Part shown: in pieces, positions 54,648 through 64,000 of the stretch
Layout: every line of letters starts with the position of its first letter
Numbering within the stretch: the stretch's first letter is position 1
NCBI GenBank assembly: GCA_965209055.1
Contig: OZ242374.1
Span: 1,280,001-1,344,000 of the forward strand
DNA from: Acidobacteriota bacterium
Lineage (GTDB): Bacteria; Acidobacteriota; UBA6911; RPQK01; JAJDTT01
Length of the DNA stretch: 64,000 nt
Direction: 5' to 3'
Notes under the pieces: generated by a model
What the model was told of the DNA's origin: nothing
The model's database searches: none
The model's input: only the letters and a program-made list of their open reading frames with translations
Translations under genes and position numbers: made by a program

Positions 54648-55748
54648 TCAGGAATTGACCAGTCTCAATTCCCCGGGGGCGCCACCGCCCAGGCGCTGGG
54701 TGTGACGGCGCATTTCCTCGAAGTAACGGACCGCGATCTGGCCGGCGAGAAAGGTCCAGACACCGGCCAAGGAAACGCGCAAGAGGTGCTGCTTCCCCGG
54801 AAACCGCCGCAGCAGCCGGTCGCCCCCCTCCCGCACCAGGGCGCCGGACACCAGCAGCGGCAGCAGTTCCCGGGCCCGGCTCCGATTCAGCGGATAGCCG
54901 AAGGCTCTGGCGACCTTCAGGATCATGGCCGTCTGAATGGCGCTCAGCGGCAACATGTCGCTGACCGGTATGGGTACGGCTCCCACCAGGGCGGCGGAGA
55001 AGGACGCCTGGGTCACGATGGAATTGCAGATGGTGCGGCGGAACCCGGGCAGGCTTCGCGTCAGCGGATAGAGGGCCTTGGGGAGGGCCGAGACGATCGA
55101 TTTCAGAAGCCGTTCGAGTCTCTCCGGCTGGGCCACGGAAACCGGGAACACGGAGGTGCCCAGAACGCCTCTGGCGGACCGGACCATCCGGCTCGGCTGC
55201 CGGACAAGATCCATCTTGCTCAGGACCACCAGCAGCGGCGTCCCGTAACCCTGAAGCCGCTCCAGGAGGCGCCGCGTGGAGAGTGTGGCTTCGAAGCGGC
55301 CGTCCAGAACCAGCAGAATGAAATCCGCCTGCTGCAGGTCCCGGGTCAGGTCCGGCGTCCGGTATCCGACGAACTCTTCCACTCCCTGGATGCCGACGGG
55401 ATGAAAGATGGGCCGCACCGTTTCGTCCTGATCCCGGGTCAGGGCCCGAATCAGCGTCGCCTTCCCCGATTGGGGCATCCCCACGACACTGATCCGCAAC
55501 TCCTCCTCCGACTGGATCTCCCGCCACTGCCCGCGGACCACCTCCAGGACCTTCTGCATGTTGTCCCCCTGGCGCGGGAGGGTGTCCATGACCGTCTTGA
55601 GGCGATACTTGATATCGTCCGGCAGAAGGAAAGCCAGTTGGTCCAGGAGGTCGAGGACCGGTTCGGGAGCCCAGCCCCGGATACTGCGGAAGATGTCGTC
55701 CGGGTTCGGATAGGCTTCAGAAGCGCCCAATGGCGATGACTCGGCCAT
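54648..55748 (-). CDS. Degenerate P-loop GTPase domain fused to a DUF697/YcjF-like C-terminal domain
   Basis: ISVVGMPQSGKAT, ADFILLVLD, VLSKMD, PVS; C-terminal GAVPIPVSDMLPLSAIQTAMILKVARAFG. Confidence 0.75.
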   Translation of the reverse strand: MAESSPLGASEAYPNPDDIFRSIRGWAPEPVLDLLDQLAFLLPDDIKYRLKTVMDTLPRQGDNMQKVLEVVRGQWREIQSEEELRISVVGMPQSGKATLIRALTRDQDETVRPIFHPVGIQGVEEFVGYRTPDLTRDLQQADFILLVLDGRFEATLSTRRLLERLQGYGTPLLVVLSKMDLVRQPSRMVRSARGVLGTSVFPVSVAQPERLERLLKSIVSALPKALYPLTRSLPGFRRTICNSIVTQASFSAALVGAVPIPVSDMLPLSAIQTAMILKVARAFGYPLNRSRARELLPLLVSGALVREGGDRLLRRFPGKQHLLRVSLAGVWTFLAGQIAVRYFEEMRRHTQRLGGGAPGELRLVNS

Positions 55749-55856
55749 GAGTCAATTGTATCTCTCGTCTGGAACCGGTTCCAATCTGCGGCGCGGCCGG
55801 CGCGCCGCAGAGGACACTCGCGCGGCCGGCCCCTATTGCGATCAGATGAACGGATT

Positions 55857-58157
55857 TCACATCAGGTTCACCGGGTCCACGTCCACGGAGACCTGCTTCA
55901 GGTTGGCCCCTTCCCGGGAGAGATCCTCCCGGCTCGAACGGACGACTTCCAGGGCTTCCGGACGGCGGACCGCCTTGATCAGAATCTGGAATCGGTATTC
56001 CCCCTTGATCCGCTCCAGCGGCGCCGGGGCCGGTCCCAGGATCCGCAGCCTCTGATGGGCGCCGATTCGTTTTCGGTGCTCCAACAGGCTCCGGCCGAGC
56101 CGGTGGGCCAAATCGAGCGTCGAACCCCGGTCCCGGCCCTGGACCAGAAGGCTGACCAGGGCCGAGAAGGGCGGGTATTGGAATCGGCGCCGGAACTCGA
56201 TCTCCTCCTGAAAGAACAGTGGGTAGTCCTGCCGGCGGGCCGCCTTGAGACTGTAGTGGTTGGGATAGTAGGTCTGGATGACGACCCGGCCGGCACGCTC
56301 CCCCCGTCCGGCCCGGCCCGCCACCTGGGTCAGGAGTTGGAAGGTCCGCTCGGCGGCTCGGAAGTCGGGCAGCCTCAAGCCCTGGTCCGCGCTCAGTACG
56401 CCGACCAGCGTGACTCCCGGGAAGTCGTGTCCCTTGGCGATCATCTGGGTGCCCACCAGAACATCGGTCCGGCCCCGGCGAAAGTCCGACAGGATCCGTT
56501 GCAGGCTTCCTTTGCGCCGCACCGTGTCCCGGTCCAGGCGGCCCACCCGGGCTTCGGGAAACAGTTCCTGGAGCGCCTCCTGCACCTTCTCCGTCCCTTC
56601 CCCCAACAGGTGAATGTACCGCTTGCCGCAATCCCGGCAGCGGGCGGGGAGCGAACGGGTGAACCCGCAGTAGTGGCAGAGGAGCCGATTCCGGTCACGA
56701 TGGTAGGTCAGGCTGATGCTGCAGTTCCGGCAGCGCTCGGTGTTCCCGCAGCTCCGGCAGAGCAGAGCCGCGGAATAGCCCCGGCGATTGAGCAGGAGCA
56801 GCGCCTGGTCGCCGCACTCCAGGCTCTTCCGGAGCGATTCCCTGAGCAGGTCCGAGAGGATCAGCGCCTTGCCGTGCTTCTGAAACTCCAGTCTCATATC
56901 CACGACCTCGACCTGGGGCAGGGAGCGGTCCAGAACCCTGCGAGGCAGGACCTCCGGCCGGGGGCGTCCCCGGTCCCGGGACACGTGGTAGATCTCCAAC
57001 TGCGGCGTGGCGCTCCCCAGCACCACCAGGGCCTGCTCCAATTGTCCGCGTTTCAACGCCGCGTCCCGGGCGTGATACCTGGGCATTTCCCCCTGCTTGT
57101 AGGAGGAGTCGTGCTCCTCGTCCACGATGGCGATTCTCAGGTCGGGAACGGGAGCGAAGACCGAAGACCGGGTGCCGATCACGACCCGGGCCTTTCCCTC
57201 CCGAATACGCAACCATTGGTCGAACCTCTCCCCCTCGGAGAGGGCGCTGTGAAGAATGGCCACCTCCGAACCGAACCAGCCCCGGAACTGGTTGGAGATC
57301 TGGGGGGTCAATCCGATTTCGGGCACCAGCATCAAGGCGCTCCCGCCGGTTCGAACCACCTGGGAAATGGCGTTGAGATAGACCTCCGTCTTGCCGCTTC
57401 CCGTGATTCCATGGATGAGCATGCTGTGAAAGCCGCCGCCGGACAGCCGCCTTCGAATCTCTTCCAGGATCCTGCTCTGATCCGGGTTCAACGAATGACG
57501 CTTGACCGGCGGGGGCGGGTCCGAATCGAGCCACGGGGAGCGGTAGACCCGCTCCGGCTTCAGCACCACGGCGCCCCGTGCCGCCATCGCCTTCAGCGTG
57601 CCGCGGGTGGTGCCGGCCTCCCGGACGAATCGGGACACCGCGACCGGGAGCTTCCGGGCGCGCAACAGTGCCAGGAGCTCCCGCTGCCGCCTCGTCAGAC
57701 CGGATTCCCGGGAGGGATCGACGCTCCGGATCGCCATCCGGGTCTTGACCGGCCAAGACCGGGAGACCGTGGAGGAGGGCTTCGACAGCAGGCCCGGGGG
57801 AAGCATGCTTTGCAGGACTTCTCCCAGAGGCGAGAAGTAGTACCGCGCCACCCATTGGCCGAGACTCAACAGTTGGGGAGAAAGGATGGGGTCCCGATCC
57901 AGGACCCGCTCCAGATTCTTCAACTCCAGACCGGTGACCCGCGGTGAACCGGAGACGACGATGCCCACCAGTTTCCGGTGGCCGAAGGGGACCAAAACCC
58001 GGGTGCCGGCGGCCGGCGGCGTCTCCATCCGATCCGGAACCCGGTAGGTGAACTCCCGGAAGAGCGGGAGAGGTACCGCAACCTGGACGTTCCGGTCCTG
58101 CTCGGGGTCTCGGCCGGGGGCAACTTGGGGGCTCGCGGGCATGAGAAACTCGGCCAA
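55857..58157 (-). CDS. priA: Primosomal protein N' (replication restart helicase)
   Basis: HGITGSGKTEVY, VPEIGLTPQ, DEEH, SATP, four CxxC, GTQMIAKGHDF, QVAGRAGR; start could be ATG 58142. Confidence 0.97.
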   Translation of the reverse strand: MAEFLMPASPQVAPGRDPEQDRNVQVAVPLPLFREFTYRVPDRMETPPAAGTRVLVPFGHRKLVGIVVSGSPRVTGLELKNLERVLDRDPILSPQLLSLGQWVARYYFSPLGEVLQSMLPPGLLSKPSSTVSRSWPVKTRMAIRSVDPSRESGLTRRQRELLALLRARKLPVAVSRFVREAGTTRGTLKAMAARGAVVLKPERVYRSPWLDSDPPPPVKRHSLNPDQSRILEEIRRRLSGGGFHSMLIHGITGSGKTEVYLNAISQVVRTGGSALMLVPEIGLTPQISNQFRGWFGSEVAILHSALSEGERFDQWLRIREGKARVVIGTRSSVFAPVPDLRIAIVDEEHDSSYKQGEMPRYHARDAALKRGQLEQALVVLGSATPQLEIYHVSRDRGRPRPEVLPRRVLDRSLPQVEVVDMRLEFQKHGKALILSDLLRESLRKSLECGDQALLLLNRRGYSAALLCRSCGNTERCRNCSISLTYHRDRNRLLCHYCGFTRSLPARCRDCGKRYIHLLGEGTEKVQEALQELFPEARVGRLDRDTVRRKGSLQRILSDFRRGRTDVLVGTQMIAKGHDFPGVTLVGVLSADQGLRLPDFRAAERTFQLLTQVAGRAGRGERAGRVVIQTYYPNHYSLKAARRQDYPLFFQEEIEFRRRFQYPPFSALVSLLVQGRDRGSTLDLAHRLGRSLLEHRKRIGAHQRLRILGPAPAPLERIKGEYRFQILIKAVRRPEALEVVRSSREDLSREGANLKQVSVDVDPVNLM

Positions 58158-58235
58158 GTGCGAAACGTCCCGCCGGCGCCGGCCCTGGTCACACCAAGGC
58201 CGATCCCGGAGCCGGGATCGAACAGGCTACCGGGG

Positions 58236-58886
58236 TCACGGTGCGTAGTAGGAGCTTCCCAGTTCGGTCAGCTTGGCCCGGATCGCCTTCATGTCCTCCC
58301 AGACCTCCCGTTTGGCCCTCGGGTTGCGAAGCAGATAGGAAGGGTGGAACGTGGGAATCAGAAGACCTTCCCGGTAGGGGTAGAACTTGCCCCGGATCCG
58401 GGATATGGCGGTCTGGGTCTGAAGCAGAGTCTGGGCCGCGTACCTGCCCAGGGCCACGACCAGGAGCGGATCGATGGCCTGGATCTGCTGGAAAAGAAAA
58501 CCCTCGCACGATTCGACCTCGTCCGGTTGGGGATCCCGGTTTCGGGGCGGCCGGCACTTGAGGATATTGGCGATGTAGACCTGTTCCCGCTGCAGGCCGA
58601 TGGACTCGATGATGCGGGTCAGGAGCTGACCGGCCCGGCCGACGAAGGGGATCCCCTGGGCGTCTTCGTCGGCTCCCGGAGCCTCTCCCACGAACATGAG
58701 GTCGGCTTCGGAGTTGCCGACTCCGAACACGATGTTTTGGCGCCCCCGGTGCAGTTTGCACCTCGTGCACTCCCCCATCTCCTCCCGGATGTCCGGAAGA
58801 GTCGGAACCCGATTCAGGTTTTTCAGGTTGAGATGGGTCACTCCCAACTCACTGAAGAAGTTCAGTTGTTGGACCAGTTCACGCAT
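58236..58886 (-). CDS. Uracil-DNA glycosylase family 4
   Basis: [43 protein letters not shown]. Confidence 0.95.
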   Translation of the reverse strand: MRELVQQLNFFSELGVTHLNLKNLNRVPTLPDIREEMGECTRCKLHRGRQNIVFGVGNSEADLMFVGEAPGADEDAQGIPFVGRAGQLLTRIIESIGLQREQVYIANILKCRPPRNRDPQPDEVESCEGFLFQQIQAIDPLLVVALGRYAAQTLLQTQTAISRIRGKFYPYREGLLIPTFHPSYLLRNPRAKREVWEDMKAIRAKLTELGSSYYAP

Positions 58887-58959
58887 GCTGGCCGATTCCT
58901 CGGGGATACCTTGGGTTCAGTCTACTACGAGGTGGTGCCAAAACCGCGTGGGAAAGCTT

Positions 58960-59850
58960 TTAAACCACACCGAACCGATCCAGGAGCCCCTCCCGGTTCC
59001 TCCACTCGGGCGCGACACTGACCTGCAACTCAAGCGCAACCCTGCGAACGCCCAGGAAACGCTGGATCTCCTTGCGGGCCCGCGTCCCGATGGTCTTGAT
59101 CATTCGGCCCGCCCGGCCGATGACGATCTTCTTCTGACTCGCCTTCTCCACCACGATGGAGGCCCGGATCACCACCAGGCCGTCGGTCCGCCGTCCTTCG
59201 TCGAACTCCTCCACCAGGACGGCGGTGGAATAGGGAAGCTCCTGCCGGGTGCAATCCAACACCTTCTCCCGAATGAGCTCTCCCACCAGGGATCGCTCCG
59301 GCTGGTCCGTCAGGTAATCGTCCGGATACTCGAATTCCCGTTCGGGCAGGTTCCCGGCGATCCGGTCCAGCAGGACCGCCAGGTTGTCCCCCTTGAGAGC
59401 CGAGATGGGAATGATCTCCCGGTAGCCGTGACGCTGGTGGTAGAACTCCATCATGGGAAGCAACCGCCCCTTGTTGATGAGGTCGACCTTGTTGAGCAGG
59501 AGGAGCGCAGGTTGCCGGATCCGGCGAATCAGATCCAGGACGTACTTCTCTCCCTTGCCGAAGCGCTCGGAGGCATCCACCATGTGGAGCACCAGGTCGA
59601 CGGACCTCAGCGCTTCGTAGACCGCCCCCATCATCCGTTCGTTGAGCCGATAGCCGGGGCGATGGACTCCGGGAGTATCCACGAAGATGATCTGGGAGTC
59701 CGCCCGGGTCAGGACCCCCAGAATCCGGTGTCTCGTGGTCTGGGGTTTGTCGCTGACGATGGAGACCTTGGAACGGATGAGGCGGTTCAGAAGGCTGGAC
59801 TTCCCCGAGTTGGGGCGGCCGATCAGGGCGACGAATCCTACCTTGGCCAC
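58960..59850 (-). CDS. era: GTPase Era
   Basis: [32 protein letters not shown] domain IVIGRAG. Confidence 0.98.
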   Translation of the reverse strand: MAKVGFVALIGRPNSGKSSLLNRLIRSKVSIVSDKPQTTRHRILGVLTRADSQIIFVDTPGVHRPGYRLNERMMGAVYEALRSVDLVLHMVDASERFGKGEKYVLDLIRRIRQPALLLLNKVDLINKGRLLPMMEFYHQRHGYREIIPISALKGDNLAVLLDRIAGNLPEREFEYPDDYLTDQPERSLVGELIREKVLDCTRQELPYSTAVLVEEFDEGRRTDGLVVIRASIVVEKASQKKIVIGRAGRMIKTIGTRARKEIQRFLGVRRVALELQVSVAPEWRNREGLLDRFGVV

Positions 59851-59857
59851 GTGCCGC

Positions 59858-61063
59858 TCACGCCACCTGTACCGGGCGGGATGCCAGCCGGTCCTGGATT
59901 CGATCCCACAGGAAGGCGGCCACCCGCCTCTTGGTGAGCAGCGGAGATTTCTCTTCCGCTCCCTCCGGGTCCAGCAACAACACCTGGTTGTAGTCCGACG
60001 CGAAACCTCGATCCGGACGGGAGATGTCGTTGGCGACGATCAGGTCCAGACGCTTCCGGCGCAGTTTTTCGACGGCGTTTCGCCGGAGACCGCTGGACTC
60101 GGCGGCAAAGCCCACCAGGAACTGGCCGGCTCGTTTCTTCTCTCCCAACTCCATGAGGATGTCCCGAACCGGTCGAAGCCGGAGCGTGCCGAGAGTGCCT
60201 TCGTCTTTCTTGATCTTCTCCCGGCATCGGCGGACCGGCGCGAAGTCTCCCACGGCGGCGGCCATGACGACGATCTGCGACCGCTCGAAGCGCCCGCCGA
60301 CGGCGGCGGCCATCTCTTCGGCCGACCGGACGGCAATCGATTCCACGCCCGGAGGAGGAGGCAGATGAGTCGGCCCCGAAACCAGAGTGACGCGAGCGCC
60401 GCGGGACTGGGCCTCCGCGGCGATGGCGTACCCCATCTTCCCCGAGGAACGGTTCGAGAGGAACCGGACCGGATCGATGTCCTCGACCGTGGGCCCGGCA
60501 GTAACCAGCACCCGCTTGCCTTCCAACCCCTTCCCCCGGCTCAGGATCCGCAGCGCCCGTTCGACGATGACCTCCGGCTCGGCCAGACGCCCCTCCCCCA
60601 CTTCTCCACAAGCCAGGTAGCCCGCTTCCGGCTCCACCACGGAGACTCCGTGCCCGCGCAGAATCTCCAGATTGGATTGCGTCGCGGGATGGCGCCACAT
60701 CTCGACGTTCATGGCGGGAGCCACGACGGTGGGAGTGACGGTGGAAATATAGAGGGTGCTCAGGAAGTCGTCCCCGATGCCGTGGGCGAACTTGGCCAGC
60801 GTGTTGGCCGTCGCCGGCGCCACCAGCAACAGGTCGCTGCTGCGGGCCAGGGCGATATGTTCGATGGCCGCCGAGGAATCCCGGAACAGGCTGTCCACGA
60901 CGCGGTTCCCCGAGAGCTTCTCCAGGGTCAGCGGCCCCAGGAATCTCTTGGCATGCTCGGTCATCACCGGGAGCACCTCGCACCCCCCCTCCTGAAGCAA
61001 TCTCAGGATGACGGCGGATTTATAGGCCGCGATGCAGCCGGTGACGCCCAGAACGATTCGCAT
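59858..61063 (-). CDS. coaBC: Bifunctional phosphopantothenoylcysteine decarboxylase/synthetase
   Basis: [55 protein letters not shown]. Confidence 0.98.
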   Translation of the reverse strand: MRIVLGVTGCIAAYKSAVILRLLQEGGCEVLPVMTEHAKRFLGPLTLEKLSGNRVVDSLFRDSSAAIEHIALARSSDLLLVAPATANTLAKFAHGIGDDFLSTLYISTVTPTVVAPAMNVEMWRHPATQSNLEILRGHGVSVVEPEAGYLACGEVGEGRLAEPEVIVERALRILSRGKGLEGKRVLVTAGPTVEDIDPVRFLSNRSSGKMGYAIAAEAQSRGARVTLVSGPTHLPPPPGVESIAVRSAEEMAAAVGGRFERSQIVVMAAAVGDFAPVRRCREKIKKDEGTLGTLRLRPVRDILMELGEKKRAGQFLVGFAAESSGLRRNAVEKLRRKRLDLIVANDISRPDRGFASDYNQVLLLDPEGAEEKSPLLTKRRVAAFLWDRIQDRLASRPVQVA

Positions 61064-61069
61064 GGGAAC

Positions 61070-61303
61070 TCAGTAGGCTTCGCCGCCGTCGAATTCGATC
61101 GCGTCCGCTTCCTCGTCCGCTTCCTCCAGGATTTCCCAGGTGATGAGTCCCTGTTGCGCCTCCTGGATAGCGATGTGGGCCGGCTTCGGGGACTTCTCGT
61201 CGACCATGGGAGGGTAGCCGTTCTGTAGCTGCTTGGCTCTCTCGGCCGCCACCAGAATGAATCGGAACTTGCTGTCGTACTCGTCGGGAATGTCTATGAT
61301 CAT
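61070..61303 (-). CDS. rpoZ: RNA polymerase subunit omega
   Basis: SKFRFILVAAERAKQL, KP..IAIQE; gmk-rpoZ-coaBC synteny. Confidence 0.93.
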   Translation of the reverse strand: MIIDIPDEYDSKFRFILVAAERAKQLQNGYPPMVDEKSPKPAHIAIQEAQQGLITWEILEEADEEADAIEFDGGEAY

Positions 61304-61926
61304 TGGGCCTCCTGGAACGTTCCTACCACCTCTTGGATCCGCCTGGTGTTCCGGACCGGGGCGCCGGAATCGGATTCGTGGGAACCGACCACCGATTTCA
61401 ACTCCAGCAAGGCGTCCTCAAGGGAATCGTTGATTATAGCGTATCGGTACTGGTTGTAGGCGCCAACCTCCTCGGCCGCCCGCTCCATGCGCCTCCGGAT
61501 GACCGCCAGGCGATCCTGCCCCCTGTGGGTCAGGCGGCGCTCCAGTTCCCGCCTGGATGGCGGAAGGATCAGGATCGTCAGCGCGTCCCGAACCTGATCC
61601 ATGATCTGGCGAGCCCCTTGCACGTCGATGTCCAGCAACACGTCCTTCCCCGAATCGAGACAGTCTCTGACCCACTCGCGGGAGGTGCCGTAGTAGTGGC
61701 CGTGAACCCGGGCATGCTCCAGAAACCGGTCACGGGCCACCATCTCGCGGAATTCGGGTTCGGAGACGAAAAAATATTCGACGCCGTGACGTTCGCCCTG
61801 CCGCGGCTGCCGCGTGGTGTGACTGACGGAGAAGCGGATCCGCTCGACCTGCTCCACCAGGGCCCGGCCCAGACTGGTCTTGCCGGCTCCCGAGGGGCCG
61901 CTCATAACGATCAATCTGCCTGCCAT
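61300..61926 (-). CDS. gmk: Guanylate kinase
   Basis: SGPSGAGKT, SVSHTTRQPR.GE..GVEYFF, YYGT, LDIDVQGA, PPS. Confidence 0.98.
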   Translation of the reverse strand: MAGRLIVMSGPSGAGKTSLGRALVEQVERIRFSVSHTTRQPRQGERHGVEYFFVSEPEFREMVARDRFLEHARVHGHYYGTSREWVRDCLDSGKDVLLDIDVQGARQIMDQVRDALTILILPPSRRELERRLTHRGQDRLAVIRRRMERAAEEVGAYNQYRYAIINDSLEDALLELKSVVGSHESDSGAPVRNTRRIQEVVGTFQEAQ

Positions 61927-61992
61927 GGCGTGGATTCCGCCTCCGAAACGCTCGATGATCGGCCGGGCTCCCCGACGCCGGACCGCGAACCG

Positions 61993-62865
61993 TTATTCTA
62001 CATTCTGGACCTGTTCCCGGACCTTTTCGACCTCTCCCTTCGCCTCCAGGGCCAGGCTCGAGACGTGGGGCAGAGAGCTCTTGGCCAGGATGGTCGTCAC
62101 TTCCCGGTGCATTTCCTGGCACAGGAAATCCAGGTTCTTTCCCCTGGGTTCGGATCCCGGCTCCCGGAGCTGATGGGAGAAACGGCCCAGGTGGCTGCGC
62201 AAGCGGGTGATCTCCTCGGAGATCTCCGCCCGGGCGGCATAGTACGCGATCTCTTCGGCCAGGCGGCCCTGATCCGGAGAAAAGGAGAGGTTCATCTCCT
62301 CCAAGCGTTTCGTCAACTTGGCGCGAGCCAGATCGAACACCTCTGCGGCGTGACCTCCAATCTCCTTGACCGTCCTTTCGAGGGACTGGATCCGCGCCGT
62401 CAGGTCTTCGAGCAATCGCGCTCCTTCCGCCTGGCGGGCTTCCACGACCCGATCCAGGGCCTCGCCGGCCACTGCCAGCAGATCGTCGGCGCATTGTTGG
62501 ATCTCGGCTCCCGGCTGGTTGGCAACCAGCGTGCCGGACAGCCGCAGACAGTCGGCCGCGTCCAGCTCTCCGCCGACGCCCAGGGACCGGAGGCGCTCCA
62601 CCATCGCCAGGTAGTTCTTCACCATGTCATCGTCGATCCGGTAACGGGCCTGGGATTTCCAGGTGATCTCCAGCGACAGGTCCACCCGGCCCCGGCCCAG
62701 TTTCTCCCGGACGACCTGGCGCATTCGTGCTTCCAGGAACCTGGCTCCGTGCGGGAGTCTCAGCTTCATGTCCAGGTATCGGCCGTTGAGGGTCCGGACC
62801 TCCACCGAGACTTCCATGGTCTCGAGGGTCCTTTCCGCTTGTCCAAAACCGGTCATGCTGTACAT
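61993..62865 (-). CDS. yicC: YicC/YloC family endoribonuclease
   Basis: SMTGFG, NGRYLD, RGRVD, EEITRLRSH, LDFLCQEMHRE..TI..K, EKVREQVQNVE; precedes gmk. Confidence 0.93.
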   Translation of the reverse strand: MYSMTGFGQAERTLETMEVSVEVRTLNGRYLDMKLRLPHGARFLEARMRQVVREKLGRGRVDLSLEITWKSQARYRIDDDMVKNYLAMVERLRSLGVGGELDAADCLRLSGTLVANQPGAEIQQCADDLLAVAGEALDRVVEARQAEGARLLEDLTARIQSLERTVKEIGGHAAEVFDLARAKLTKRLEEMNLSFSPDQGRLAEEIAYYAARAEISEEITRLRSHLGRFSHQLREPGSEPRGKNLDFLCQEMHREVTTILAKSSLPHVSSLALEAKGEVEKVREQVQNVE

Positions 62866-62881
62866 GGTCTCTCCGTCGGTT

Positions 62882-64000
62882 TCATGCTTGCGGTTCAGAC
62901 TGCAACCTGTGCAGCCGGCGGTAGGAGGCGGAGCGCTCCAGAAGAGTCTCATGACCTCCCACGTCCACGATCCGCCCCTCCTCCATGAGTGCGATCCGAT
63001 CCGCCAGGAGCACCGTCGACAGGCGGTGAGCGATGACCAGGGCGGTCCTCTCCCGGAGGAGATTCAGAAGGGCTTCCTGGACCAACCGCTCCGACTCGGC
63101 GTCCAGGGCGGAGGTCGCCTCGTCCAGAATCAGGATGGGGGCATCCTTCAGCAACGCCCGGGCAATGGCGACCCGCTGCCGCTGACCCCCGGAGAGCCGG
63201 GTTCCCCGCTCGCCGATGCGGGTTTCGTAGCCTGCGGGCAGGGTTTCGATGAATTCATGGATGAATGCCATGCGGGCCGCTCTTCTGACCCGGGCATCGC
63301 CGCAGCCGGGAAGCCCGTACGCGATGTTGTTCCGGATCGTGTCGTCGAACAGAAAGGTCTCCTGGGGAACGAGGGCGATCTGGCGCCGCAGGGAATGGAG
63401 GGAGACCGTCCGGATGTCCGTGCCGTCGATGGAGATCCGTCCCGAAGAGGGGTCATGGAAACGGGGAAGAAGGCTGGCCAGAGTGCTCTTGCCGGCTCCG
63501 CTGGTCCCCGCCAGCGCCAGGATCTCGCCGCGGGCCAGATTCAGATTGATCCGCCGCAGCACGGAAACGTCGCCCTGCCGGTAGCGGAAGGAGACGTTCT
63601 CGAAGGCGACGGTTCGGGAAAACGGGGCGATTTCAACGGCCGCGGGAACCTCTTTCACCCCGATTTGCGAGCCCAGCAGGTCGAAGATCCGGCTGGACGC
63701 TGCGAAAGCCTGTTGAAAATTCAGGTGCATTCTGGAGAGTTTCCTGACCGGCTCATAAAGGCGAAACAGGGCCGCCTGGAAAACCACCAGGATCCCGATC
63801 CCCAGTCCTTCCTGAACCTGCCGGTTGGCGTAGAACAAAAACGGCACGAAGGAAGCGTATCCGAGGAACTCGACCATGGGCGATGCCAGGGCCGAGAGCC
63901 GGGCCCCCTTGAGATTGGCGTGGACCAGATCGCCGATGGAGCGGCGAAAGCGTTTCTTCTCGTAGTTCTCCATGCCGAAGGCCTGGACGATCTTCTGGCC
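62882..64000 (-). CDS. MsbA-like ABC exporter (permease + ATPase), 5'-truncated by window edge
   Basis: [49 protein letters not shown]. Confidence 0.9.
   Translation of the reverse strand, partial: GQKIVQAFGMENYEKKRFRRSIGDLVHANLKGARLSALASPMVEFLGYASFVPFLFYANRQVQEGLGIGILVVFQAALFRLYEPVRKLSRMHLNFQQAFAASSRIFDLLGSQIGVKEVPAAVEIAPFSRTVAFENVSFRYRQGDVSVLRRINLNLARGEILALAGTSGAGKSTLASLLPRFHDPSSGRISIDGTDIRTVSLHSLRRQIALVPQETFLFDDTIRNNIAYGLPGCGDARVRRAARMAFIHEFIETLPAGYETRIGERGTRLSGGQRQRVAIARALLKDAPILILDEATSALDAESERLVQEALLNLLRERTALVIAHRLSTVLLADRIALMEEGRIVDVGGHETLLERSASYRRLHRLQSEPQA

Noticed and set aside
53737-55527. 596-aa protein as given in the ORF track
   Set aside because: The N-terminal ~335 aa is Pro/Gly/Arg-rich off-frame overlap with the GTPase gene; only the part from 54522 looks like a real protein.

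Overview
High-GC bacterial chromosome segment, most likely Acidobacteriota. This is inferred from the acidobacterial-type VWFA protein, the PSD1/DUF1501 pairs, the quinoprotein-cytochrome pair and insertions in SecY/L6. 1-18.4 kb: the str(3' part)-S10-spc-alpha ribosomal superoperon (fusA, tuf, rpsJ...rplQ, secY, adk, map, rpoA), including a 37-aa rpmJ missed by the ORF track; infA is absent from its usual place. 18.3-47.3 kb: accessory/periplasmic block with a DPP-IV-like peptidase, class III aminotransferase, phosphotriesterase homolog, xth, two Gfo/Idh/MocA oxidoreductases, two tandem PSD1-cytochrome + DUF1501 pairs, a lipoprotein PQQ-type dehydrogenase with a lanthanide-type D-x-D motif plus a di-heme cytochrome c, tRNA-Gly(CCC), and an unusual MacAB-TolC-like exporter (tandem double adaptor + third adaptor + embedded secreted PHP-like metalloprotein). 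47.2-64 kb (minus strand): kdsD-kdsA-pyrG-kdsB, a VWFA gene with a truncated paralog remnant, a degenerate GTPase, priA, family-4 UDG, era, coaBC, rpoZ, gmk, yicC and an msbA-like gene. GGAG-type REP-like palindromes occur at about 23.0 kb and 52.0 kb. No CRISPR, rRNA, integrase or transposase was seen. All calls come from motif recognition by eye; no searches were run.
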